Source: Candidatus Hydrogenedentota bacterium
Lineage (GTDB): Bacteria; Hydrogenedentota; Hydrogenedentia; Hydrogenedentales; SLHB01
Direction of reading: 5' to 3'
Length of the DNA stretch: 44,335 nt
Assembly: GCA_045863335.1 (NCBI GenBank)
Contig: BTVY01000049.1
Span: 12,243-56,577 of the forward strand
Under the pieces are notes generated by a model. That model made no database searches. It saw nothing but the letters and a program-made list of their open reading frames with translations, and had not been told where the DNA came from. The position numbers were made by a program, and so were the translations under genes. Position 1 is the first letter of the stretch; every line of letters starts with the position of its first letter. Of this stretch, positions 9,059 through 18,849 are shown one piece after another.

Positions 9059-10297
9059 ATGTATAAATCCCGTAAAGATCCCAGCCTGACCAAGATTATC
9101 GTTGTCCTAGTTGCGCTGATTGGCGCCGCATTTGGCGTATACCGCGTCACTCAGTGGTTCGGTGGCGGAGGTTCCGTAGGCCGCGTCGAAGCCAGCGCCC
9201 AGGCGAACATCGAAAGTGCCCGCACCCTCCTGAAGGAGGGCCGGTCCTCTGAAGCACGTGAGTTGCTTACCCCCATCGCCGAGAAATCGACGGATGGCGC
9301 GTTGGCAGGGCCTGCATTGTTGCTCCTGGCCAAACTCGACCTGACCGATGGCAACCGTGATGCAGCCCGGTCTCGCCTCGCGCGGGCTGTGAACGAGTTC
9401 CCCGGCAGCCCTGAGCAGCCGCGCGCGGCGGCAGCCTACGCGAAGCTGTTGGAGGAGGACGGCAAGATTGAAGAAGCCGTGCGGATGTACGAAGAGATCC
9501 GCGCGAACGCTCCGGCCGAGTACCGGGCTCCGGCACTAACGGGTCTCGGCCGCCAGGCAAAGCGGACGGGAGACTTGGTAGAGGCCCGCGAGCTGTTCCA
9601 GGAAGCCGTCGCCAGCGCCGCTTGGGATTCGGAAGACTGGGATGAAGCGCTTGACGCGCTGGGCGAAGTCAAAGTGGAGTTGATCTTCTCCCCCACACCC
9701 ACGCCCGACAGCAAGACGTATGTGGTCGAATCTGGCGATACACTGACAAGTATCGGCATCAAGCTGAACACCACGCAGGGACTGCTGACGCGGGCCAACA
9801 ATCTGACCGACGATTCCACCCTGCGCGTTGGACAGACGCTGAAATGGACGCCCAAGGATTTCCGGATCGTTATCGAGCGGTCGACGCGGCGCCTCTTCCT
9901 GATGGATGGGGACGGTATCTTCAAACGGTACTCTACAGGACTGGGCATGCCAGGGTATGATACGACCCTGGGCAAGTACAAGATTGGAAACAAGATCAAG
10001 GATCCGACCTGGCACAAACCGGGCGCGGAACCCATCCCGCCGGGCGATCCTCGCAATGAACTCGGTACCCGATGGATGCCCTTCGTGCCGGTTCAGGAAG
10101 GATTGCCGAACGACTTAGGCATCCACGGCGCCATCGATCCCGCGACCGTGGGCCAGTACTCTTCCCATGGTTGCGCGCGTCTCCGCATGGAGGAGGTCGA
10201 GGAACTCTACGACCTGGTCGTACGTTCGACCCCGGCTGAGGTCGTCGAGACGATCGAACCTGCGACGATCAATGAACTCGCGATTGCACAGTCGTGA
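9059..10297 (+). CDS. Membrane-anchored L,D-transpeptidase (TPR + LysM + YkuD)
   Basis: N-terminal TM helix; TPR-like helices; LysM YVVESGDTLTSI; YkuD LGTRWM...GIHG...SHGCARL. Confidence 0.88.
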   Translation: MYKSRKDPSLTKIIVVLVALIGAAFGVYRVTQWFGGGGSVGRVEASAQANIESARTLLKEGRSSEARELLTPIAEKSTDGALAGPALLLLAKLDLTDGNRDAARSRLARAVNEFPGSPEQPRAAAAYAKLLEEDGKIEEAVRMYEEIRANAPAEYRAPALTGLGRQAKRTGDLVEARELFQEAVASAAWDSEDWDEALDALGEVKVELIFSPTPTPDSKTYVVESGDTLTSIGIKLNTTQGLLTRANNLTDDSTLRVGQTLKWTPKDFRIVIERSTRRLFLMDGDGIFKRYSTGLGMPGYDTTLGKYKIGNKIKDPTWHKPGAEPIPPGDPRNELGTRWMPFVPVQEGLPNDLGIHGAIDPATVGQYSSHGCARLRMEEVEELYDLVVRSTPAEVVETIEPATINELAIAQS

Positions 10298-10473
10298 CTT
10301 CCAGGAGCGCAACTTCACAAACGGCGCTAGCGTCGAACAACCGCCGGTTTCTCTTGCCGACCGCTGGACCGAACGACCCGTGCGGCCCCCGGAGTGGCGG
10401 CTCCATTGACATTTGGAGTGGCGGGGTCGAATAATGCCGCACTCAATTCTTCGGGAGCATCGCTGAGAGCCGC

Positions 10474-12066
10474 ATGCACGAACGGAATCCCTTATCGAAA
10501 TCTGGAGCGCTCGCGGAGTTGTTTGCGGCGAGCCCGCCGGGAACGCTTGTCCCGATTGAATCGCAACCCGTGTTTGCGGCGTTCGCGGCCGAAGTTTGCC
10601 GTCAGATCGCAAGCGCACCGGGCCAAAATCTCGTCGTCTTCGTTGATCCCGGTACCGCGAAAACCGTACCCGATTTCGCGGGTATTCAGGCCGTTGCAGC
10701 GCATATCGCCCACGTCAATCCGAATGACCACCGCGAAGCCCGGGACGAAAACGGTGCCCCGCAGTATGTATTGGCTCTTTTATCGACGACCGCGAGCGTG
10801 GCGATGCTCGGGCACGTCACAGAATCGAACAGCCGATTCACGGGCGGTTGGACCGCCGAGCGGGAAACGGTATTGCGCTTGGCATGCGAACTTGGGCAGA
10901 TGATACCCGAGACATACCCCGAGTTGCCGTCATCGCAGGTCGATGCGATCCTGCACTGGACGCCCCAAGTTACCCGGCTGATGACCACATTCACGCGAAT
11001 CGTCAGTTCGTATCAACGAACGGAAACCGTTGGCCGGGACGACCTCCTCTCCGTACTCGATATTCTGAAAGCGATTTCCTCCCGAAGACGTTCTCACGAC
11101 GTGTTATATATCTTCGTAGAACAAATTGCTCGAACGATCCGCGTTGACCGTTGCTCGGTAGTGCGCGTGTGGGGTACCGACGATCACGGTAGCGTGGTGG
11201 CCTCCCACGACGATGCCGGAATTCGGGACCTGGAGATCGAGTTGGAGAAGTATCCCGAGTTACGCCGCTCGATGGAGCTTTTCGAGAAGGTCGTCGTCGA
11301 GGACGCGCACACGGACCCCCTCACCCGCGAGTGCGCCGGCTTGCAAGGAACGGAGATTAAAGGCATTCTCGTAGTTCCAATCGTACTGCTGGACGCGAAC
11401 GTGGGTTCCTTGTTCTTACGTGCCGTTCGCAAGGACATGCCCTTCACGGCACGCGAAGTGGGCTTCTGCGAGATCGTGGCGGAGGCCGCTTCCAACGCCC
11501 TGGAACGCGCACACCTGCTCGAGCGGCTCCAAAACGCGAACGAACGGCTGGAACGCCTCGCGGTCACGGACGAGTTGACCGGACTCCACAACCATCGCTA
11601 TTTCCGCGAACGGTTCGCGGAAGAATTCGATCGGGCGCGCCGGTATGGGCTCCCCCTTTCCTGCATTATTTTTGATATTGACAATTTCAAGCAGATTAAC
11701 GATGAATATGGACATCTGCAGGGAGACGAGATCCTGCGGGAGATCGCGGCACGCACGGGCCGGACAACACGGCGAAGCGATGTGTTGGCACGATACGGCG
11801 GGGAAGAGTTTGTCATCATTATGCCCCAAACCGGCGCGGCAGGCGCGGCGGCCCAGGCCGAGCGCATCCGCGAATGCGTCGCGAAACCCGGCTATCCAGG
11901 CATGGAGACCGGCGCCTTGGTAACCGTAAGCCTGGGCGTAGCGGAGTTGGAACACCGCGAAATGCTGGATGGCGAGTCGCTCATCCGTGCTGCGGATACA
12001 GCCATGTACGAGGCAAAACGGAGCGGCAAGAACTGCGTGGTTGTCGCCGACTCCACGGAGAACTAA
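10474..12066 (+). CDS. Diguanylate cyclase (DICT-like sensor + GAF + GGDEF)
   Basis: TDELTGLHN, DIDNFKQINDEYGH, RRSDVLARYGGEEF (intact active site and RxxD I-site); central GAF domain. Confidence 0.9.
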   Translation: MHERNPLSKSGALAELFAASPPGTLVPIESQPVFAAFAAEVCRQIASAPGQNLVVFVDPGTAKTVPDFAGIQAVAAHIAHVNPNDHREARDENGAPQYVLALLSTTASVAMLGHVTESNSRFTGGWTAERETVLRLACELGQMIPETYPELPSSQVDAILHWTPQVTRLMTTFTRIVSSYQRTETVGRDDLLSVLDILKAISSRRRSHDVLYIFVEQIARTIRVDRCSVVRVWGTDDHGSVVASHDDAGIRDLEIELEKYPELRRSMELFEKVVVEDAHTDPLTRECAGLQGTEIKGILVVPIVLLDANVGSLFLRAVRKDMPFTAREVGFCEIVAEAASNALERAHLLERLQNANERLERLAVTDELTGLHNHRYFRERFAEEFDRARRYGLPLSCIIFDIDNFKQINDEYGHLQGDEILREIAARTGRTTRRSDVLARYGGEEFVIIMPQTGAAGAAAQAERIRECVAKPGYPGMETGALVTVSLGVAELEHREMLDGESLIRAADTAMYEAKRSGKNCVVVADSTEN

Positions 12067-12067
12067 C

Positions 12068-12625
12068 GTGAAGCGATGGATACCTCTGGTTCTGATGGTG
12101 GGTTTGTGCGGGTGCCACACCTTTATGAAAGTCAAGCCGGACTACGCGGACTTGCCGGTGGACACGTTGCGTGAAGTCGCTCGCGAAATCGAGCAGATCG
12201 TCCATGAGGGGAATCGCGATTTCACCATCGCGGACCGCGACGGCGTAGTCGTGAACACAGAACCGGTTCTGCATGCGATTCGCACGCGAGCCGCGCGGGC
12301 CCACCTCGTGGAGGGATTTCTCGAAACCGGCCACGCGTGGGAAAGGCAGAGTGGCTTGCTTGATGTGATTCGGTCGCGGGAGTACAAGAAGTTTGGAACG
12401 AGCCGCGACCGGGACCGCAACGCCCTCGTCGTCCTGGGGGAAAACACAGACCGGTGGGCCATTTATGAAGGTATCATCGATGCGGGAAACTTCCGGGCCA
12501 AGTCGCTTAGCGCCATCCAGGAGATCTTCTTTGAAGAGCGGCTCGCGTTTCTTCCCGAAGGCGTGAAATACGAATCCGAAACGGGGGAAGTCGCATTTGT
12601 CGGAGGGAGCCCCACCGCTCCATAA
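12068..12625 (+). CDS. Lipoprotein, possibly YdbL/DUF1318-like
   Basis: GTG start 1 nt after the DGC stop; KRW + hydrophobic stretch + LCGC lipobox; GHAWERQSGLL...EN.DRWAIY pattern. Confidence 0.65.
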   Translation: MKRWIPLVLMVGLCGCHTFMKVKPDYADLPVDTLREVAREIEQIVHEGNRDFTIADRDGVVVNTEPVLHAIRTRAARAHLVEGFLETGHAWERQSGLLDVIRSREYKKFGTSRDRDRNALVVLGENTDRWAIYEGIIDAGNFRAKSLSAIQEIFFEERLAFLPEGVKYESETGEVAFVGGSPTAP

Positions 12626-12739
12626 GAGCCACGCACGAGTCGCCGACTCGAAATCGATGCGCGTGAACGGTTACACTATGGGACCGAACGCGCGTCGCAG
12701 GCGCATCCATTCGTAAACCCGTCGGGGCATTGCAGAATC

Positions 12740-13693
12740 ATGTCAGAATCCGCCGCTACGGCGACACGACCCGTCATGGAAGTCGACCTGGGCGGTCTCC
12801 GGATGAAGAATCCGGTCACCGTTGCATCGGGGACTTTCGGTTACGGGGCGGAATACAACCAGTACTTTGACGTAGCCGCCCTGGGCGCCGTTACGACGAA
12901 GAGTCTCTCCTTGAAAGCCCGCGCGGGCAATAAGCCGCCGCGGTTGGTAGAAACACCCGCGGGCATGCTGAACGCCATTGGCCTTCAGAATGTGGGGCTC
13001 GACGCATATCTGCGCGAGAAAGCCCCGTTCCTGCGGGAGCGCGGCGCTACCATCATCGCGAATATTTACGGCCATTCGCCCGAGGAGTACGCGCAACTCG
13101 CGCAACGCCTGGAAGCCGAGAACGCTGCGGACGCGATCGAAGCGAACCTCTCGTGTCCGAACGTGCACGACGCCCGTGTCGCGAAGGGCGCCGTGCTCGT
13201 GTCGCAAAACCCGGACGCCATTACAGAATACACCCAGACAATCCGTAGCGCGACCCGGCTTCCGCTTTTCATCAAGCTCACGCCGAACGTGATCGACATT
13301 CAAGGGCCGGCATTGGCCGCCCAAGAGGCCGGGGCGGACGGCCTCTGCCTGATCAATACGTTGCTCGGAATGGCCATTGACGCGGAATCGCGCCGCCCCC
13401 GTTTAACCAATATCGTGGGCGGGCTGAGCGGACCAGCTATTCGTCCGGTCGCGGTGAAGATGGTCTGGGATGCGGCGCGCGTGGTGCAGATTCCGATCAT
13501 CGGGACCGGCGGGATCTGTTATCCGAGAGATGCGGTCGAGTTCCTGTTGGCGGGTGCGACAGCCGTGTCGGTGGGGTCCATGACGTTCCGCCAGCCAGAC
13601 GCTGCCATGCAGGTCGTTCATGGGCTTGAAGCCTACCTCGTTCGTCACGGCATCCAAAACGTCGCCGAGCTGGTCGGCGGCATGAAAGTTTGA
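12740..13693 (+). CDS. pyrD: Dihydroorotate dehydrogenase, family 1 catalytic subunit
   Basis: KNPVTVASGTFG, GMLNAIGLQN, EANLSCPNV, KLTPN, GGLSGPAIRPVA. Confidence 0.95.
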   Translation: MSESAATATRPVMEVDLGGLRMKNPVTVASGTFGYGAEYNQYFDVAALGAVTTKSLSLKARAGNKPPRLVETPAGMLNAIGLQNVGLDAYLREKAPFLRERGATIIANIYGHSPEEYAQLAQRLEAENAADAIEANLSCPNVHDARVAKGAVLVSQNPDAITEYTQTIRSATRLPLFIKLTPNVIDIQGPALAAQEAGADGLCLINTLLGMAIDAESRRPRLTNIVGGLSGPAIRPVAVKMVWDAARVVQIPIIGTGGICYPRDAVEFLLAGATAVSVGSMTFRQPDAAMQVVHGLEAYLVRHGIQNVAELVGGMKV

Positions 13694-13695
13694 GC

Positions 13696-14391
13696 ATGAT
13701 GGGTCGCAAGACGGAATTGATCGTTGCGCTGGATGTGGATTCTCGCGAAGAAGCGCTCAACGCGGTGCGCATTTGCGAAGGCTGCGACTGGTTCAAGATC
13801 GGATTGCAGTTGTTTTCTCGCACTGGCCCCACACTTCCACGCTACTTCACCGCTCATGGAAAACGTGTCTTCCTTGATCTGAAGTTGCACGATATCCCAA
13901 ATACAGTTCGGCACGCGGCGCGCGCCACCGCCGATTTGGGCGTCGACCTGATTACCGTGCATGCGCTCGGCGGATCGAAAATGATCGCGGCGGCGCGGGA
14001 AGCCGTCGAAGGCTCATCGACCAGAATCCTCGCCGTTACGGTCCTCACCAGCGTCAGCGCGGAAATTCTCAAGGAGGAGATGGGGTTGGACGAATCGCCC
14101 GCCGGCGCGGTTGCCCGATTGGCCACATTGGCCGTGGAAGCCGGGGCGCACGGAATCGTGTCGTCACCATTGGAAGTACCTGCGTTGCGCAAGGCCATCG
14201 GCGACGAGCCCGTACTGGTGAGTCCCGGCGTACGCCCTGACTGGGCCGGCAAGGACGATCAATCTCGGATAACAACGCCTCGGCAAGCCGCGGAGTTCGG
14301 GTCCGATTTCATTGTGGTCGGCCGGCCGATCCTGGGTCACGATAAACCGGCAGAAGCCGTAAAACTGATAAAGAAGGAACTTGCCCTATGA
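13696..14391 (+). CDS. pyrF: Orotidine-5'-phosphate decarboxylase
   Basis: LIVALD, FLDLKLHDIPNTV, AVTVLTS, PGVR, VVGRPI. Confidence 0.95.
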   Translation: MMGRKTELIVALDVDSREEALNAVRICEGCDWFKIGLQLFSRTGPTLPRYFTAHGKRVFLDLKLHDIPNTVRHAARATADLGVDLITVHALGGSKMIAAAREAVEGSSTRILAVTVLTSVSAEILKEEMGLDESPAGAVARLATLAVEAGAHGIVSSPLEVPALRKAIGDEPVLVSPGVRPDWAGKDDQSRITTPRQAAEFGSDFIVVGRPILGHDKPAEAVKLIKKELAL

Positions 14392-14966
14392 CGTCCGGTC
14401 AGGTGATCGACATCTTTCGCGCGACCAACGCGCTGCTGGAAGGCCATTTCGTCTACGCGAGCGGGCGGCACGGCGCCCACTTTCTCCAGGCGTCGCGCGT
14501 CCTTCAGTATCCGAATTATACGGAGAAGCTCTGCAAAGGCATGGCGGAGAAGTGGGCCAAGGAAAACATAGAATTGGTGGTTGGACCGGCGACCGGAGGA
14601 ATACTGCTGGCCTACGAAACCGCGCGACAGTTGGATTGCCGCGCAGTGTTCACCGAGAAAGACGACAATGGCCGAACCATGTCGCTGCGGCGGGGATTCA
14701 AGTTGGAGCCCCGGACAAACGTACTCGTCGTCGAGGACATCGTTACCACCGGGGGTTCCGTTCAGAAGACCATCGACCACCTGATCGAGCGGGGCGCCCG
14801 GGTGGCGGGCGTGTCGGTGCTCATCGATCGCAGCGGCGGCGACGCGAAGTTCGATTGCCCTTACAGGCCTCTGGCTCACCTCGCCATGCGCAGCTACGAC
14901 CCTTCAGAATGCCCCGGATGCGCGGACCAGATTCCACTGACCGATCCGGACGACCTCATTCTCTAG
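14388..14966 (+). CDS. pyrE: Orotate phosphoribosyltransferase
   Basis: GHFVYASGRH, VVEDIVTTGGS PRPP-binding motif; ATGA overlap with pyrF. Confidence 0.93.
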   Translation: MTSGQVIDIFRATNALLEGHFVYASGRHGAHFLQASRVLQYPNYTEKLCKGMAEKWAKENIELVVGPATGGILLAYETARQLDCRAVFTEKDDNGRTMSLRRGFKLEPRTNVLVVEDIVTTGGSVQKTIDHLIERGARVAGVSVLIDRSGGDAKFDCPYRPLAHLAMRSYDPSECPGCADQIPLTDPDDLIL

Positions 14967-15219
14967 GTCTCCGGGCTGGGGTAAGCCATTCGACACGCCG
15001 TTCGAACGAAGCCCGCGCTCGGCGACATGGTATCGAGACTTTTGAATGGGAGGCAATTCGATTGCTATGATGCGGGTCGGCCGTTCGGGGTGGCTGAAGC
15101 TCGTCATCGCGCCTTTGCCGTGTGTGGGTGTGGCGCGTCCGCAAGGTTGACATGTCCACGCAGGAATGGATAGCGTCAGACATTCGAGAACGTCCGAAAC
15201 CGGGAATGGTATAGCGTCG

Positions 15220-15900
15220 ATGAAGCGCCTCAAAGCCGACCTCCATACACATGTAGCGGATGATCCCTTCGACACCCTATCGCATTCCGCAGAGATGCTC
15301 ATCGATGCCGTTGCCGCAGCCGGAATGGACGTGCTCGCGATCACGTGCCATGATTTGAACCTCTACCAAGACCGGCTCGCCGAATACGCGACGCGCCGCA
15401 ACCTGTTGTTGGTACCGGGCATCGAGAAGTTCATTTCCAGAAAGCATGTGTTAATCCTGAACCCCCATCCCGATCATCTCATGGCGGGCTCCTTCGACGA
15501 GCTGCGAGAGATCGGACGGAAGGACGCCGCGTTCATCGCGCCCCACCCCTACTATCCCGCACCAAGCAGCCTGATGGGCGATCTGGTTCGCCATATCGAC
15601 TTGTTCGACGCGATCGAGTGGAGTTCCCTCTATGTCCGCGGGCTGAACCCCAACCGTTGGGCAGCACGCACGGCGATCCGCTTCGGGCTGCCACTGCTGG
15701 GAACCTCAGACACCCACGGGGTACCCTACATGGATACGACACATTCATGGATTGACGCGGAACCCACGTCGTTGGGCATTGTCGAAGCGATTCGCGCGGG
15801 ACGGGTCACGCTGGAAACCCGGCCCAAACCGTCGGGAGTGGCCATGCGGTCCGCCTTTGACGCCGTGCGCGGAATTATGATGGAATCCGTGAAGGTATGA
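15220..15900 (+). CDS. PHP-domain metal-dependent phosphoesterase
   Basis: DLHTH, ITCHD, GIE, APHP, GTSDTHG motifs. Confidence 0.85.
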   Translation: MKRLKADLHTHVADDPFDTLSHSAEMLIDAVAAAGMDVLAITCHDLNLYQDRLAEYATRRNLLLVPGIEKFISRKHVLILNPHPDHLMAGSFDELREIGRKDAAFIAPHPYYPAPSSLMGDLVRHIDLFDAIEWSSLYVRGLNPNRWAARTAIRFGLPLLGTSDTHGVPYMDTTHSWIDAEPTSLGIVEAIRAGRVTLETRPKPSGVAMRSAFDAVRGIMMESVKV

Positions 15901-15922
15901 CGGCGACGAAGGGGTATTCGAA

Positions 15923-17170
15923 GTGATCGATCGCATTGCCATTCTCGGTGGAAGCAGCGTCTACATTCCGGAGCTGATTCTCTCCATCATTTCGCACAAC
16001 TTGAACGTGAAGGAAATCGTGCTCATCGGGCGCGAGGGGCCCAAGCTCAAGTTGGTCGCTGGTTTCTGCCAGCGTTTGTTGAACAAGAGTGGGTTTCCGT
16101 CTTCCATCATCGCAACTACCAATCCCGCGGAAGGCGTGGCCGGCGCCAAATACACCTTGAATCATATTCGCGTCGGCGGTATGCAGGCGCGCGTGCGCGA
16201 CGAGAAGTTACCGCCAAAACAGGGCATGATTGGCGACGAGAGTCTTGGCGCGGGTGGTTTTGCCAATGCCATGCGCACCCTTCCTGTGGTGCTCAAGTTA
16301 GCCGGGCAGATCGAGGCAGTCAATCCTGATACGACATTTTTGAACCTCACCAATCCCATGGGGGTTTGTGTCGAAGCCTTAATCAAACACTCCAAGTTGA
16401 ACGTGCTCGGCGTGTGCGACCTGCCGGGCGTTTACGTCAAGAAGATGGCCGAATTGCTTCGTCTGGACGTGTCGGAAATCTGCGTCGACTATATCGGCCT
16501 CAACCACATGGGGTGGATCCAGGACATAAAAGTCGAGGGGCGCAGCAGTATGGCGCGCGTGCTTGAACGGCTCGAGGCCGAGAAGGACGACGGCTTCGAC
16601 AATGCGTTGATCGAACTGTTCCGTATGATCCCGACACGCACAACAAGCCTGTACTTTCACCAGGATGAGATCCTGAAACGGCAGCAAGCCTGCGCGCGCT
16701 TCCGAGCAGAGGTACTCCACCACGCGGAGCAACAGATCCTGAAACTCTATCAGGATGAATCGCTATCCGAGGTGCCGGAGCTGACGCGCGCGCGCAACGC
16801 GATCTGGTATGAAGAGACGATCCTTCCGCTCATCGTCGCGCTGGAAGGAAAGAAAGAGTCGGACACGATTCTATGCGTTCGAAACGACGGCGCAGTTCGG
16901 GATTTGGCCGACGATTGCAGCGTGGAGATCCCGGTCCAGATCAGCAAGAAAGGAATCAAACCCAAGAAGGTGGGTAATTGCCCGCGATTCCTTCGGGGTC
17001 TGTTCCAGTCCGTAAAGGAAAGCGACCGCCTGACTGTGGAGGCGGTGCGACACAAGTCATACGAGTTTGCCCTTCAAGCTTTGACGATTAACCCGCTGGT
17101 GCCCTCCCTGGACGCGGCAAAGAAGTTTCTTGACCGCATCATCCGGGAGGAAAAACTGGAACTGCACTAG
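15923..17170 (+). CDS. Glycoside hydrolase family 4-like protein (divergent)
   Basis: IAILGGSS Rossmann start, RVGG..AR..DE, GDESLGAGG, NLTNP, GVCD, GLNHMGW, NPLVPS. Confidence 0.85.
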   Translation: MIDRIAILGGSSVYIPELILSIISHNLNVKEIVLIGREGPKLKLVAGFCQRLLNKSGFPSSIIATTNPAEGVAGAKYTLNHIRVGGMQARVRDEKLPPKQGMIGDESLGAGGFANAMRTLPVVLKLAGQIEAVNPDTTFLNLTNPMGVCVEALIKHSKLNVLGVCDLPGVYVKKMAELLRLDVSEICVDYIGLNHMGWIQDIKVEGRSSMARVLERLEAEKDDGFDNALIELFRMIPTRTTSLYFHQDEILKRQQACARFRAEVLHHAEQQILKLYQDESLSEVPELTRARNAIWYEETILPLIVALEGKKESDTILCVRNDGAVRDLADDCSVEIPVQISKKGIKPKKVGNCPRFLRGLFQSVKESDRLTVEAVRHKSYEFALQALTINPLVPSLDAAKKFLDRIIREEKLELH

Positions 17171-17197
17171 CGAACCGAAATACCCGGGGAGGATTCC

Positions 17198-18550
17198 ATG
17201 ATAGGCAGCAAATCAACCCTTACAGCGGTCCTTGCCGTGCTTCTGGCTGTTGCAGTGAACGCCCAAGTACCTGTGGTCGGCGGTCAAGGCGCGCGACTGA
17301 GCGACATCGAGGGTACCGACACACTCGTCACGGTCGTGTTGAAAGGAAGCAATGCGAGCGATGCCAATCTCAAAATCCAGGACGTTCGGAACAACGTCCT
17401 GACGGTGGAATCCGAGTCCGGCCAGCTCAACCATTATCTCATGTCGGATATTCAGGAGATCCGCGTTCAAGGAAGCGTCATGACGGTCAAGCGTCTCGAT
17501 CCACTCGTGGATCGCGGCCTCACACCGGAACAGCAACAGGTGGTGACTCGGGCCGTCGATCGCGCATACGAAATCTTCAACGGAGCGGCAGGCAATCAGC
17601 CCCTTCGCATGTGGGCGGCTGAAGTGATTGCCGTGGGCGGCACTGATGAACAGAAACAAGCGGCTCTCGATTACCTCAACACCCTGGCCTCAGGCAATGA
17701 TCTGCGTACGGCATTGGATGCAGCCCACCACCTGGTCCTGGCCGGATCGCCGCCGCCCACCAGCGAATTGGTCGGTCAGGGACTCGACAGCGGCGACCGG
17801 CTCGTGAGGGCGAGCGCGGCGCGATTGGCGGGACTTACCGAAGACCCGACCGGCAAAGCTCAATTGCACCAGATGCTGCGTGACCGGGCCTCAGACATTT
17901 CCGTTCCAGCGATTGACGCCCTTGCATGGCTGGGAGATCGCGAGATCATCCCCACGCTGCTCGAGCTGATTACCGAGCGGAACGAGGAAAAGGCGAATGC
18001 CGCCGCAGACGCCCTCATCGCGTTAGGTGGAGACGACGTGTTAGCCGCCCTCAGAGAGATGGTTCCATCAGCAGAGGGTCGCGCGCGATTCCGGGTCGTT
18101 CGAGTACTGCACGCCCTCGGCGATCCGACAGGAACCAAGCTCATGCGCGAGGAGATGCTGAAAGTGCCGTCGCTTGAGTTCGATTCCGCGACCATCCTGG
18201 CACGCCAAGGCGACCCGGTCGCCATGCAAGTCCTTCGCGATCGGTTGGCGCAACGCTACGACCCCTATCAGGAGGTCCTAACGCGCCGCGCCGAAGCCAC
18301 GGCCGCGCTGATCGAATCCGGTGACCGGACAAACATCAGCGTGTTTCAGGAACTGCTTCGAATCGGCATGCCAGAAATTAACATGACGGTCTTGCGATTA
18401 ATCAGTCTGCTGGACCTCCGATCGTTGCTGCCGGTTACGCAACCGGTGATTGAGAGCTCTGACCCGGCGGTGGCCACGGCAGCATGCCAGGCGGCCGTGT
18501 CGCTCGCCCACGCCGATTACCGCGCGAGGCTGGCGAAGCTGCACCGGTGA
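17198..18550 (+). CDS. Secreted HEAT-repeat protein
   Basis: GGAGG RBS; signal peptide AVNA-Q; repeated D...VR..AA..L..LGD helical units. Confidence 0.75.
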   Translation: MIGSKSTLTAVLAVLLAVAVNAQVPVVGGQGARLSDIEGTDTLVTVVLKGSNASDANLKIQDVRNNVLTVESESGQLNHYLMSDIQEIRVQGSVMTVKRLDPLVDRGLTPEQQQVVTRAVDRAYEIFNGAAGNQPLRMWAAEVIAVGGTDEQKQAALDYLNTLASGNDLRTALDAAHHLVLAGSPPPTSELVGQGLDSGDRLVRASAARLAGLTEDPTGKAQLHQMLRDRASDISVPAIDALAWLGDREIIPTLLELITERNEEKANAAADALIALGGDDVLAALREMVPSAEGRARFRVVRVLHALGDPTGTKLMREEMLKVPSLEFDSATILARQGDPVAMQVLRDRLAQRYDPYQEVLTRRAEATAALIESGDRTNISVFQELLRIGMPEINMTVLRLISLLDLRSLLPVTQPVIESSDPAVATAACQAAVSLAHADYRARLAKLHR

Positions 18551-18556
18551 TAAGTG

Positions 18557-18826
18557 ATGCCGCGGCTCCACGTGCGGATTAGCGGCCGCGTACAGGGTGT
18601 CGGATTTCGCTATGCAACCTATCGGCAGGCGGAATCGCTGGGGCTGACCGGTTGGGTTCGAAACCTGCGCGATGGGTCGGTGGAGGCCGAATTCGAAGGT
18701 TCGCGAGCGATGCTGGAAGCTATGCGAAGCTGGTGCGATGAAGGCCCTGCCTTCGCGCGCGTGGATACCGTCACGACCAATTGGATGGACGACGGCCAGG
18801 GTTACTCCGGCTTCGAGATCAGATAG
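18557..18826 (+). CDS. acyP: Acylphosphatase
   Basis: GRVQGVGFR and GWVRNLRDGSVE signature motifs. Confidence 0.93.
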   Translation: MPRLHVRISGRVQGVGFRYATYRQAESLGLTGWVRNLRDGSVEAEFEGSRAMLEAMRSWCDEGPAFARVDTVTTNWMDDGQGYSGFEIR

Positions 18827-18849
18827 GAAGGCACGGAGACGCGACTCCC

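Noticed and set aside
12740-13693. Absence of pyrK next to pyrD as a novelty
   Set aside because: pyrK is often encoded elsewhere; this cannot be judged from one window
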